In this document: one piece after another, positions 12,301 through 22,821 of the stretch
Numbering within the stretch: the first letter of the stretch is position 1
Layout: each line of letters starts with the position of its first letter
DNA from: Chrysomallon squamiferum
Lineage: Eukaryota; Animalia; Mollusca
Assembly: GCA_012295275.1 (NCBI GenBank)
Contig: CM022673.1
Span: 25,730,001 to 25,794,000, forward strand
Length of the DNA: 64,000 nt
Direction: 5' to 3'
Notes under the pieces: model-generated
What the model was told of the DNA's origin: nothing
Seen by the model: the letters and a program-made list of their open reading frames with translations, nothing else
Database searches by the model: none
Program-made: the position numbers and the translations under genes

Positions 12301-15300
12301 TGTCTGTCTGTCTGTGTCTGTGTGTTTTATATTTTATTTCCTGACATTGTTTTACTGGTTTTAATATACTTTGTATCAAGCACTCACCCAGACTATACAT
12401 TTAAAGTATTAAGTGCATTTAGGCCACCTTTCACTGTGTTCACATTACTGCACCTTTATAAAGTTTTTGTTCACCTCCTTTTCCATACCCATCTGTCTTG
12501 TTGGTGCACCAGTAGTTCTTCTTCTGATAAATAAACAGTCATGTTTATATTAGTTAACCTTTTGAGAATTATCATATTAATTTTTAATTTTATATTATTT
12601 TACACACACACATGCATGCATGCACGCACGCACGCACACACTCACGCAGGCACATACGCACACACACGTTTAAACTTGGTCTAAAATAAAATAATAAGAG
12701 AAGTAAAACTGGCCACATTTGGTCAGGTTCAAATTAAATTTTTTAATATTTGGTTCTTTCATATGTATATCTTATAAACAATACTCATTATATTATTGAA
12801 TTCCACTGATATTTTAATTACAGGAGATGGTTCAGCAGAATCAGCTTGCTTTGAATGCTATTCAGAGTGGATCTGACAGTGGAGATCTGCTGAGGAACAG
12901 AATTGTAGAACTCACAAAACAAATAGAAAGCCTCAAAGAACAGCACAAGTATGGCACTTTTTATATAATATATACATACATATAATCTTTTTTTGAAATT
13001 TTTCTTTTTTTCTGATGATTAATTAATAACGTTTTAACAAAAAAAAAATCAAGTTTGTTTTTAAAGAAATTATAATCTGTGATGTTTCTTTCATTAAAAT
13101 ATTAATGTTTTAACAAAACACAAAATAACAAATCAAGTTTAATAAAAATCTTATTTAAAGACAAAATTTATGTATCATTGACAAGAAATAAAGACTTTTT
13201 TTTTTCTTTTGCAAATGTTTTTTTTAGAATTAACAAAAATCTTGATTTCTAATGTTATTTTATTTTATACATTTTGGAAATAAAGTACTTTAGCTTTTTA
13301 TGATTTCTGTTTTTAACACATTTGGCAGTCTTTTTATGTTTCCTGCAGCTTGGAGCCATCTGTTTAGATAAAGCAAATCAATTCCTTGTCTGAATTAAAT
13401 TAGGGAAATACTGTTGTAGTTTCAAACACATATCAAGCTAAACAAAACTGAAACTATTCTAAAATCAGTTTGGATGATGTCTGGTTCAGTTTACTGAGCT
13501 GAAAAACATCTATTGTGCAGAACTATAACTTACTTGAGTGTCAGTTTGAAAAAATATTTAATGCATGCATCAATAAAACAATAAACAGTCACAATTATAA
13601 ATGTCAGTGTTTAAAGATGTAATTAGGGAAGTGTGAGTTAAAAATAAATATTTTCAAAATGTTTAATTGTTGTTTGTTTTGCGAAGGCTGGAGGTTGCAG
13701 AGTTGAAAGCACAGATGGAAATGCAAGGAAACCTTGCTCAACCATTGTTGGCAACTCCAAAGATGACAAAAATTGATGTTGGAGATCCAAACCTGGCCTC
13801 AGAAATAGAAAACCTGGAGCTTTATAACATGGATCTTCAGGTCTTACTTATTTTCATTATATACTTAAAATGTGGTTTTTTCAGGTGTTTTTGTTTTTGT
13901 TTTTTTACCTGTTACACACATTAAAGACACAAGCATAATATAAATGTTCTGTTTTTATGATTGTTATGTGCAGCATATAAAATAACAACTGAATTCTTTG
14001 ATTTTGTCTGAAAATAATAATCCTTATCTTTATTTTTTATTTTTTTAAAAATACAGTCTAATTCGAACATGAAATTTCTGATTATATATATTTGTATTCA
14101 TAAGAAAGTAATTTAATATCAAGTTTGTGAAAATTACAATATATTTTAATCTCTAGAATGATTATTACAAATGTGATAAATAATCGCTGCAAAAATTATT
14201 AATTATACTGTTGATTTTCTTATGTTTTATCTGTTTATGAATTTTATGTATGGCCTTTATACATATTCATTGTAACTAATTTGTTGTGTAATTTTCATGT
14301 TGCAGTCCCAGGCATCACAACTAAACTATGAACTGTCCAATACTAAGTTAAGAGAGCAGGAACTCCAGCAAAGAGTTAGTATTTGTAGACATTACACTTC
14401 CTAGGGCTAAAAATAAATATATATTTTAAGAATCTCATCTTTTTTGTCTTTTTAAAATCTTTACAGACACACAGGAAATATTTTTATTTTTATTATAAAA
14501 ACAGTAATGATTCAAGTTAAATTAACTCATGTTTATATACGTATGTAATAATTATTTATCGATCTATTTATCTATCTATCTATCTATCTATCTATGTATA
14601 TATTTTTATAAAGAACATTTTTGGGTTGTCAAAAAATATATTTCTTACTATATATTGTTTAAACGGGTTGTTTTTTTTGAAGATCGAAGTACTTGAATAC
14701 AGATTATGAAATTCACGCAGATATCTGTCTATCTGTCTGTCTATATATATATATGTATACATATGAAAATGTTTGGGTTCTCAAAAAATACATTTCTTAC
14801 TATATATTGTTTAAACTGTTGTTTAAACTGTTTTGAAGATTGAAGTACTTGAATACAGATTTCTTACTATATACTGTTTAAACTGTTTTGAAGATTGAAC
14901 TACTTGAATACAGATTTCTTACTATATATTGTTTAAACTGTTTTGAAGATTGAGGTACTTGAATACAGATTTCTTACTATATATTGTTTAAACTGTTTTG
15001 AAGATTGCAGTACTTGAATACAGATTTCTTACTATATATTGTTTAAACTGTTTTGAAGATTGAGGTACTTGAATACAGATTTCTTACTATATATTGTTTA
15101 AAGTGTTTTGAAGATTGAAGTTCTTGAATACAGATTTCTTACTGTATATTGTTGAAACTGTTTTGAAGATTGAAGTACTTGAATACAGATTTCTTACTAT
15201 ATATTGTTTAAACTGTTTTGAAGATTGAAGTACTTGAATACAGATTTCTTACTGTATATTGTTGAAACTGTTTTGAAGATTGAAGTACTTGAATACAGAT

Positions 15301-16779
15301 TTCTTACTATATATTGTTTAAACTGTTGTTGTTTTTTGAAGATTGAACTACTTGAATACAGATTACAAAACCCACGCTGTGATGAGACACCTCCTCTCAG
15401 TCCTGCAGGCTCCCAGTCTTCACATGGCGACGGGCCTCTGCTCAGAGAGCCAACAGAATTTGAGGTACATTGCAGCTAGCTGCTTGTTTAGTCTCCTTAT
15501 TTTATTATTTGTTTTTTTGTTTATTAAAACATCCAGCCATGTTTAAGAGAGAAAATCTGTCTTGTTTTTCGTGTTTCAAAGATAGTTGTTTGTTATGCTG
15601 ATTACGTTAATAAAGTCCATATGACAAATGTTGATTTTTGAAAACTTGTTACTTAAAAAACCCCACCAAAATATAACTTAATAATAAATAAAGAAAAAGA
15701 AGTCTGTTACAAATTTTATATGAAGTAACTTTTTGAGTACAAAAAATATGCAGGTTAACATTAATGATAATATTTTGAAATGAAAATGTTGTATGAAAAT
15801 CAAAATGTACATTTTTTACACAGGAAGACTTAATTTTTTCTTTCTTTTGTGTACAGATGTAGAATATGAATAATTCTCTTATGGTTATATTTTATGGAAA
15901 TATATATATATATATATATCTTTTTTTTCTTCAGTATTTAAGAAATATACTGTACGAGTATATGATGGGGAAGGAAACAAAAGTAAGTTCAGTTAACTTT
16001 TAAAATTTATATATTAAAACCACAAGTTATTAAACATTTATATAAATACCTGTTATCATGATACTAATAATTAATACCTTCAGATGGCCTGAATCTCCCA
16101 ATACAAGTAATATAATAGTACATGAATATCAGACCATACAGCTAAAAACAATTCCAGACTGTTACATCATTTCTATTGTCATTTGATGGTATTTATCAAG
16201 CATTACCTGAACATTCATTAAACGTCCATTATTTATTTAAAAACCAGTGTTAATTATTAGATAAACTCCCATTATTATGATTATTATTATTATTTTTCTT
16301 TTTTTTAGACTTTGGCCAAAGTTATTGCCACAGTCGTAAGATTTTCCGAGGAACAAACAAGAAACGTTCTTGCTAAAACGGAGTCCTCTGCGGTAAACGA
16401 GAAAGCATTTTGATTGTTTTATAGACAACCATAGAACTGACATCCATGACGATGATTTAAATCTGTGATTTGCTTCAGTACATACTGCACACAAGAACTG
16501 GATTAATCCTCTGTGACTGAATAAAGCATTTTACGTCTGTGATAATGTCTTCAAAAATATCTGATGCCGTTTCTTTTAATTTTCTGAATTACATTCAGTT
16601 GTTAGGTGGTGGTATTCACTTATTTATTTTATTTATTATTTTTTAACTCATTTTTTTTTTTTTTTTAAGCATTAATAAAACAAATTGTTCTGGAAAAAAA
16701 ATAAAAAATTCCATTTTATTTGTGAATATTAAGAATTTTTACATTTTTGTTTTTCTTTCAGATGTGGCTATCGCCCTGA
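298..16779 (+). CDS. GOLGA4: Golgin subfamily A member 4 (golgin-245/p230), trans-Golgi coiled-coil GRIP-domain golgin; 5' end outside window; 20 visible exons; one apparent 1-nt frameshift
   Basis: Hand-spliced exons: 298-345, 831-986, 1547-1675, 2120-2260, 2504-2744, 3626-3804, 4276-4395, 4769-4936, 5282-5452, 5895-10297, 10907-11037, 11250-11447, 11912-11977 (possible cassette), 12824-12948, 13687-13840, 14306-14374, 15342-15464, 15935-15982, 16309-16392, 16762-16779. All junction phases are compatible; total 6772 nt = 2257 codons + 1 extra nt. N-terminal peptides (LATVYKDMLQEREKIK, VKRLEGLLNRCKETIRSLKEK) and the GRIP domain EPTEFEYLRNILYEYMMGKETKTLAKVIATVVRF match vertebrate golgin-245 as I recall it. 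Confidence 0.93.
617..806. repeat. 37-38 bp minisatellite, ~5 copies, intronic
   Basis: Unit tataaagattccacatttaaacagatttctttaatag; copies start at 617, 654 and onward. Confidence 0.9.
831..986 (+). CDS. GOLGA4: GOLGA4 exon (NTLAQTQDRAFRRVSELKEQ...VLHMQ)
   Basis: tttag acceptor, CAG|gttagt donor, 156 nt open. Confidence 0.9.
1547..1675 (+). CDS. GOLGA4: GOLGA4 exon (VELLKEGKSIPPEL...KLTEK)
   Basis: ttttag acceptor, AAG|gtaatt donor, 129 nt open. Confidence 0.88.
2120..2260 (+). CDS. GOLGA4: GOLGA4 exon (VKRLEGLLNRCKETI...ELEKLK)
   Basis: ttcag acceptor, AAG|gtatac donor, 141 nt; different frame from listed ORF 1978..2250. Confidence 0.9.
2504..2744 (+). CDS. GOLGA4: GOLGA4 exon ending at a GC donor
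   Basis: ctgcag acceptor; within ORF 2480..2869; CAG|gcaagt donor gives the phase 1 needed by the next exon. Confidence 0.85.
3626..3804 (+). CDS. GOLGA4: GOLGA4 exon (QDQLEKSREIIKR...IHLMQ)
   Basis: tgtag acceptor, CAG|gtagga donor; within ORF 3538..3843. Confidence 0.9.
4276..4395 (+). CDS. GOLGA4: GOLGA4 exon
   Basis: ttcag acceptor, ATG|gtaatt donor, 120 nt; within ORF 4243..4425. Confidence 0.88.
4769..4936 (+). CDS. GOLGA4: GOLGA4 exon (ERQILQMQEEM...EKLKS)
   Basis: ttgtag acceptor, TCT|gtatgt donor, 168 nt open, coiled-coil composition. Confidence 0.88.
5282..5452 (+). CDS. GOLGA4: GOLGA4 exon ending at a GC donor
   Basis: ttttgtag acceptor, CAG|gcaagt donor, 171 nt, phase 0-0. Confidence 0.85.
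5895..10297 (+). CDS. GOLGA4: GOLGA4 giant coiled-coil exon (4403 nt) with +1 frameshift near 9483-9485
   Basis: tttttcag acceptor; ORFs 5943..9500 and 9340..10341 are both E/K/L/Q-rich heptad sequence in adjacent frames; G|gtgaga donor. Confidence 0.92.
10907..11037 (+). CDS. GOLGA4: GOLGA4 exon
   Basis: tttcag acceptor (phase 1), AAA|gtaggt donor; overlaps ORF 10933..11142. Confidence 0.88.
11250..11447 (+). CDS. GOLGA4: GOLGA4 exon
   Basis: ttttag acceptor, AAG|gttaga donor, 198 nt; overlaps ORF 11265..11534. Confidence 0.88.
11912..11977 (+). CDS. GOLGA4: Candidate GOLGA4 cassette exon (FESGAIHSGVPSFDDASVNNVE)
   Basis: ttgttatag acceptor, GAG|gtataa donor, 66 nt symmetric phase 0-0, open, GC-richer than flanks. 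Confidence 0.55.
12824..12948 (+). CDS. GOLGA4: GOLGA4 exon (EMVQQNQLALNAIQ...KEQH)
   Basis: ttacag acceptor, AA|gtatgg donor (phase 2). Confidence 0.85.
13687..13840 (+). CDS. GOLGA4: GOLGA4 exon (LEVAELKAQMEMQ...NMDLQ)
   Basis: aag acceptor after a T-rich tract, phase 2 fits; CAG|gtctta donor; within ORF 13667..13924. Confidence 0.8.
14306..14374 (+). CDS. GOLGA4: GOLGA4 exon (SQASQLNYELSNTKLREQELQQR)
   Basis: ttgcag acceptor, AGA|gttagt donor, 69 nt. Confidence 0.82.
14821..15363. repeat. 55-bp tandem array (9 full copies plus the functional copy) containing a splice acceptor and the first ~22 nt of a GOLGA4 exon
   Basis: Unit gtttaaactgttttgaagattgaagtacttgaatacagatttcttactatatatt starts at 14821, 14876, 14931, 14986, 15041, 15096, 15151, 15206, 15261; a diverged copy lies at ~14640-14720. 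Confidence 0.95.
15342..15464 (+). CDS. GOLGA4: GOLGA4 exon leading into the GRIP domain (IELLEYRLQ...REPTEFE)
   Basis: gttttttgaag acceptor, GAG|gtacat donor, 123 nt; within ORF 15225..15479. Confidence 0.87.
15935..15982 (+). CDS. GOLGA4: GOLGA4 GRIP domain exon (YLRNILYEYMMGKETK)
   Basis: ttcttcag acceptor, AAA|gtaagt donor; contains the conserved GRIP tyrosine used for Arl1 binding. Confidence 0.93.
16309..16392 (+). CDS. GOLGA4: GOLGA4 GRIP domain exon (TLAKVIATVVRFSEEQTRNVLAKTESSA)
   Basis: tttttag acceptor, GCG|gtaaac donor. Confidence 0.92.
16762..16779 (+). CDS. GOLGA4: GOLGA4 terminal coding exon (MWLSP*)
   Basis: ttttctttcag acceptor; supplies the C-terminal Trp typical of GRIP tails; TGA 16777-16779. 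Confidence 0.8.
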   Translation: MWLSP

Positions 16780-18307
16780 GATTCCTTCATTAATATAAAA
16801 TTCTCAGTTGGGAAATCCTTCACAATTTCACTTCAGTCATCTTTCTCCTAAAACAGTGAACTGCACACGAAAGCAGGCTAACATGTTAAACAAAAAACAC
16901 TGATATTACTGTGATTAATTTATACGATGAAACTGAATGATATGATGTATATTTTATGTAAGTGATTTATTGAAAATTGTTTATTTTTTTAATACAAGAT
17001 GTCAAGAACAATGGTAATGAGATATTAAATTCCCCCAAATAATTGTTTGAAAGCTAAGTTAAAAGAAAAATCATGGTCAACATGAAATTTATTAATGCCT
17101 TTTTAATAATAATAATCATTTGTTTTTGTTGTTGTTGCAATTTAGATACTACTGCAAAATATTTTAATCAGAACTATATTCAGCAACATGACATTTTCAA
17201 ATTATATTTTTGCTGAAAATGTCCCATTACTTACACCTACAAATGATGTATTGCTTAAATCCTGTTGAAGTATATTTACCAAATTGTTTTGTCTTAGTAC
17301 ATTTTTAAGCCTAGTTAAGTTTATTGTTTATGAATTCTGTGACATGTACTTCATGAAACTTGAAATATGTTTCTACATATGAGCAGATTTTACACGTGAA
17401 ATAGTGCTAATATGTTATTACTGTAAGCCACAGAAATTAATTTATAAATCATAACCAGCCTTTAAGTACTTTTATTTAGATTTAAAAATAAAATCATGAT
17501 AAGCAATGTTATTTAATAATGTGTCACGATTTGTGTTAATATGGTGAAACTGACTGAATATTTTGTGTTATCAAATTATGTTTTTTTTTTTATTATAACC
17601 ATCTGAAAACAAACCATGAAGCTCTATTTAAAAAGTTCACTTACAATTTGATGACATTTTTTAATTTTTTAAAAATATTTTTGCTTGTTGGTGCTTTATA
17701 ATAAATAGAATATCAAAGAATCATTTATTGTGTATTAAATTAAAATAATCATAAATATCTAACCATGGCTATTTCAAACATTCCTTTATTATTTTATTAC
17801 TTTTTTCTAATTATTTAATAATATGTAACATTTTTCTGGAAACTTATCCATTTCGATATTCAGAATGTGATTATACTCAATTTTAATATTCTCACAATTT
17901 CTTTCAAATCATTTTGATATGGTCTTTCAGATTCTTCTAAAATAAACCATACTTTGCAATAAACTTGTTTGGATTTAACATATCTATTTATAATTAATAG
18001 TTGTTCACTAAAGAAATGAAAACCAACAAAGTTTCAGTGTGTATAAACTTTTATTATCATTGTATAAAAAAAATAAAAAAACCCCTAAAAACATTGCTTT
18101 CTTTTCAGTCTGGAGGTAGATTTGATCTCTTCTTGTTGAAGGTTTCCCTTGATTAAAAGCTGAAATTATCATCAAAAAGTTAAATCTTTTATAAATAAAG
18201 CAGGCCTTAAATGTGTGTGAATGCTGTGAAGTAACCAAAAAGAAAGATACAAATGTTTAAAAAAAAAAAAAAAATCGTGATACTTCCATGACATTTTGGT
18301 CTGTATG

Positions 18308-18360
18308 AAATAAAGACCCATACCATTTTAAAAGAAAAACAATGGTATGGGTCTTTATTT
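18308..18360. repeat. Perfect 20-bp inverted repeat (hairpin), 13-nt loop, followed by poly-T
   Basis: aaataaagacccataccatt (18308-18327) is the exact reverse complement of aatggtatgggtctttattt (18341-18360). Confidence 0.95.
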
Positions 18361-18804
18361 TTTTTTTTTTTTTATTATCTATTATCTATTGCATAATGCA
18401 TGACATGGAACTTTTACTGTAAAATCATCGTCAGACAAATGGGACCAGAATGTTATTAAAGTCTTGCCATGTTTTCACATTACAGTTAATCGAAATGAAA
18501 CGTGTAATTATGTTAATTTTTAAAACCCACGATTCTTTGATTTGTTATACACTGCCTTCAAGTTGACAGGGCTGATCAGAATATTTTAAATCATAAACCA
18601 CTGTTATCATGTATTTATTGAGAAATTTTTCTGTATGTTATAATTTATAGTTCACACAGATGACATATCTATAGTAAACAAATGCATCCATCCTTTTATA
18701 TAAAACAAATTGTGTTGTGTCTGTAATTCTCAAAATTATAAATTATGTTTCTTGTGCTCTGTATTTAATGTTTAATTGCTTATGCTCCAATTTGTTGATC
18801 AAGG

Positions 18805-18835
<31 letters not shown>

Positions 18836-21800
18836 CATTGCTGAAAATTTTGTCAATATATTTTTCACTTACATTGAGCTTTCAAAAATAAACTGGTGGT
18901 GGATTTTGATCACTTTGTTTAAAATATGATTGGGAATTACCTGCTTCTGGTAAATCACCATTTTACTTTTTGTTAGCTGTAGTATATATAATCTTGAGGC
19001 CTAAATTATTACTATTTTGAAATACTTCTGAGAAATAAAAATATCTTCACATACATTTCGTTGACTTTTGACAGTTTAACTGAAACAACTTACCTTCTTT
19101 TAAAGTTAAGATTTTATTTTTTCCAGTCTTTGTTGTTTGATTAGGTAATTAAATATTTGGTCAACAGCTTTCATATCACAGTGGCAGAATTTAATGTTTT
19201 CTGAAAAATAATCAACCGTAATAGAATCTTCGAAAATATTAGTATTTTTAGAGAGAGATATAAAGAACATTTATGTATTAATTTTTTTAAATCACATCAG
19301 TTGTGAAAGAATATATCCAAAGTAACAAAACTTTTTCTTGAGATCACCCATCACAAATAGCGTAAAGCAATTATGAACTAAATATACCTATTTCATTACC
19401 AATGAAAAATTTCAATTACGCTGTCCAGGCCATTATTAACTTGCCTTAATCTTGTGAAAAAATAACCTTGTTTCGTTAGAATATACATATATTCAAGGCA
19501 TTTAAAATGCATAATAAAATTTCTAATTTTATATAATAGAAAATCTGGGACCAGCTATTCAGTATCAGTACATGATGGATCCATTAAAGATGAAAATATT
19601 TCAATTGAGAATTCCCAAATGAGCGTGAAATTTGTAGATTTAAATTGTGCGCGTGCTCACACAGACATAATGCACTATTTTTACTTACTTTAAAGTGTTT
19701 TGGTGCAGATAATCATTCAGTTTGTTAACAGCAGAAAGATTTCAAATGTGAGACTTAATTGGTCCTTCAGTTGAATATTCCCAATGGTAATGTCTATTTA
19801 AATCTGTGCATTTTTACTGGAATCTGGTTAATGACAAATGAAATGTAAGCATCATATTCTTGCCTTTTAGTGCATGGTTATCTGGCTTTGACTAATAGGA
19901 ATCGGTTAGTTTAATTTAGTCAGTCTTTAATAAGTCTTTTCATTATAAACTTTAGCTAATCATTAGCTGAAGCTAAATGAACATCTTTGCTTGTACACAA
20001 TCCTGACAAGCAATTTGGAAATAAAAGTTTATTGTGACAAATTCACAGCCAACACAAATATCAAGATATATGCTACTGAATAAAAGGGATATTATTATTT
20101 TGTTCGATTAAGGAAGAAAATTGTACAGTATGATCTAGATTTCAATAAATATTCGACAATAACTGTATACACACTTTTGTCAAACAGGATATGTATTCTG
20201 TTTGATGATGATTGTGTGTGTTCAGAAATAAGACTATATCATATTTCAGCTCAGAAATAAAATATCTAGTCTAATTTAACTGGGCTTTTCACATATCAGG
20301 AATTTACAGAAATTTTGTCTTTTCTTGCCATCTGACTTTTTTCATATCTTATCATCCTGTGATCTTGACTAATAGGAAAATATAACCAAAAATCCAGCAA
20401 GTCTAAAAGTTATTTTATTTTATTTTATTTTTGAATTGTTTAACATTTTAACACATAAATATTTTTTATATTAATGTTTTCTTGAATAAAATAAAGTAAA
20501 TAATAAATTAATTTGGTATAGCTCTAATGGTTGTTACCTGAAATGTTGTTTATGCAAACAAAATTTGATTTCTAATTGATATATATACATAATTACAAAA
20601 ACAGCATGGTTCATATTTGGTAAAATATATCATGTTCATTAATTTAATGTTCCATACCAAATATAAAACTGATTGTTTTATTCTGTGACTTCGCAAGTCT
20701 GCAGTAACTTCCACTACAGTCAGTAAAATGTTGATTACATAAAAACTACCTAGGACAATATTTATGACTTATTTTTCTTCTCATACATTAAAGTGATCAC
20801 AACATACAATTTAAGAAAGTAAATATTCAGTGTGTACTTTAAAATTAAATTAATTTTATATTTGTAATATCAAAGAAAAACCCAAAGCCTGTTAAAACAC
20901 TTCAAAAGAAATGCTGGATGTGAACACAATAGTGAAGTGATTATTAACTCCATCAAATGTTATCTGTAGTAAGAGAGTTTTCTGCCTGAATATACAAAGA
21001 ACTGATTTTGTTTAATTTACATAAATTCTATTAGTAGATTATGTTAAGAATATAGGATATACAGATATTTCTTCTGTTATCAACAAATCATTTTGTGGAT
21101 ATATATACCATCTTCTTTTTTTTTTTTTTTTTTAAAAACCTTTGGAATATATTGTCAGTTATGGCAAACACACAACAATTTACATTAAAAACACGACACA
21201 AGAAATAAAAGAAAGAAAAACAGTGTCCACAAAGGTCAGGTAAAAGAAAAATCTTAACACACTATTCCTTCAACTTGCAGTGAGGTCAGTCATAATGTTC
21301 AAGATGACACAGTTTTTGTCTTGTCACAGAACGTCTTTAAACAACAGCTGTAGATTAAATGTCATTTGCCTGTGTTCACGTCATAATTATCTGCTTATTC
21401 GGATGTCCTGTCTCGCAATACTTAGTCTCTGTCCTCTTCGGTTGGCTGTCAGCTGGTAAAAAGAACATAGCAGAAACACATCAAATTGCAAAGAGGGCTT
21501 TTGTCAACTACAGTCATGTATTTGAGAACTAACAAACTGATAGTGTCATTCTATGGCTTTTGTTTTAAATACAGTAATGAAGTCCTCTAGCTTGCAGTTA
21601 AGATTTATGTGGCCAAATCACAGAATCTTATTGGTTATTAAATTGAAATTTGTGGGTGGGGGAAATAACCTGGATTTCCACATTCAGTTTTGAATACTTC
21701 CTGAGAGACCATTTAGAAAAATTCTTATTCTAAAACATTTGTTAAATTCTTTTAAAGTAATAATATAAATGAATACAAAATAACATTTTGTAAATATGTG

Positions 21801-22296
21801 AGAAAGAAAAGATAAAAAGACAGTAAAATCACTATATATATATATGCTGACTTAAATGTTAATGTTAATTTTGAAAGAATTTCTAGAAATAAGATTTATC
21901 TTTCTTTTTAAAAAGTAAAAAATAAAAATTAGCAATGTTAAGAGGAGATGATGGAACTTCATTTTCTGAAGTTGAAGATAATCATTTTGTAAAACTGTTT
22001 TCACAAAAATCCTTAGACATATGGCTAGATTTTAAAACCCATTTTCTTTCAATAACCAGCACAAAAATTATAACAACAACAAAACTGCTGATTTATAATA
22101 TAACACGTCACAATAATTGAGTATGTAATTAAAAATGTAAACCATAACATTTATACCAGCAATTCAAGCCAAAGCAGCATATCTTAAATTATTTTACCTT
22201 TTCTTACTTTCAGATATCACAAAGTAAAACAAGAATTTAACAGCAAACAGGACATTTTGAATTATTTAGTAACAAAAACTAACCTGTCTGATCATT

Positions 22297-22460
22297 TTAG
22301 TATCTGGCTTTCTTTGGAGGTCCCTCCCCTCCTCCGTTTTTTGGTGGCTCAGCTTCCAGAACTTTAATCCTCTGACCCATCAGGTTCTGTCCGTGCAGGG
22401 TCTGTATTGCCTTCATGGCAGATTCCTTTGTTGCATACTTGGCATAACCATAGTTTCTTC
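22297..22460 (-). CDS. RBM45: RBM45 last coding exon (end of RRM4, basic NLS-like tail)
   Basis: tttctag acceptor; RNYGYAKYATKESAMKAIQTLHGQNLMGQRIKVLEAEPPKNGGGEGPPKKARY*; TAA at 22299-22297. Confidence 0.92.
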
Positions 22461-22775
22461 CTAGAAACCCACCCCAAAAAACACAACAAATAAAATAATA
22501 TAATATAATATAATATAATATACATGAATATATATATATATATATATATAAATAAAATAGTAATAAAGTGACAAATTATTAAAAAAAAAATAATAATAAA
22601 GAAAAGAAGAAAAAAAAAATGAGTAAACTGATTTCTGTTTATTGATCAAACCTTAAATTTTCAAAGTCTTTGATTGAAATTTCACTTTCTTTATTTCTGT
22701 ATATTTTAACAAGTTTTTTAAAAATAAATGTGCTTTAATTATTATTAAAGTATCCCAATGCCTGTCTTTGTATGG

Positions 22776-22821
<46 letters not shown>

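Noticed and set aside
14821-15315. CRISPR-like regular array
   Set aside because: Units are contiguous and near-identical with no unique spacers, there are no cas genes, and the context is a eukaryotic intron
15857-15885. Extra acceptor (ttttgtgtacag) before the first GRIP exon as an alternative exon
   Set aside because: Phase-0 reading gives ATG TAG immediately and no convincing donor follows
18308-18375. Rho-independent terminator (hairpin plus poly-T)
   Set aside because: The shape fits but the DNA is eukaryotic nuclear sequence; kept only as a hairpin
19888-20378. Repeated 14-mer TTGACTAATAGGAA (19888-19901, 20365-20378) as acceptors of a hidden minus-strand gene
   Set aside because: The following frames close within ~25 codons and resemble no protein I recognise
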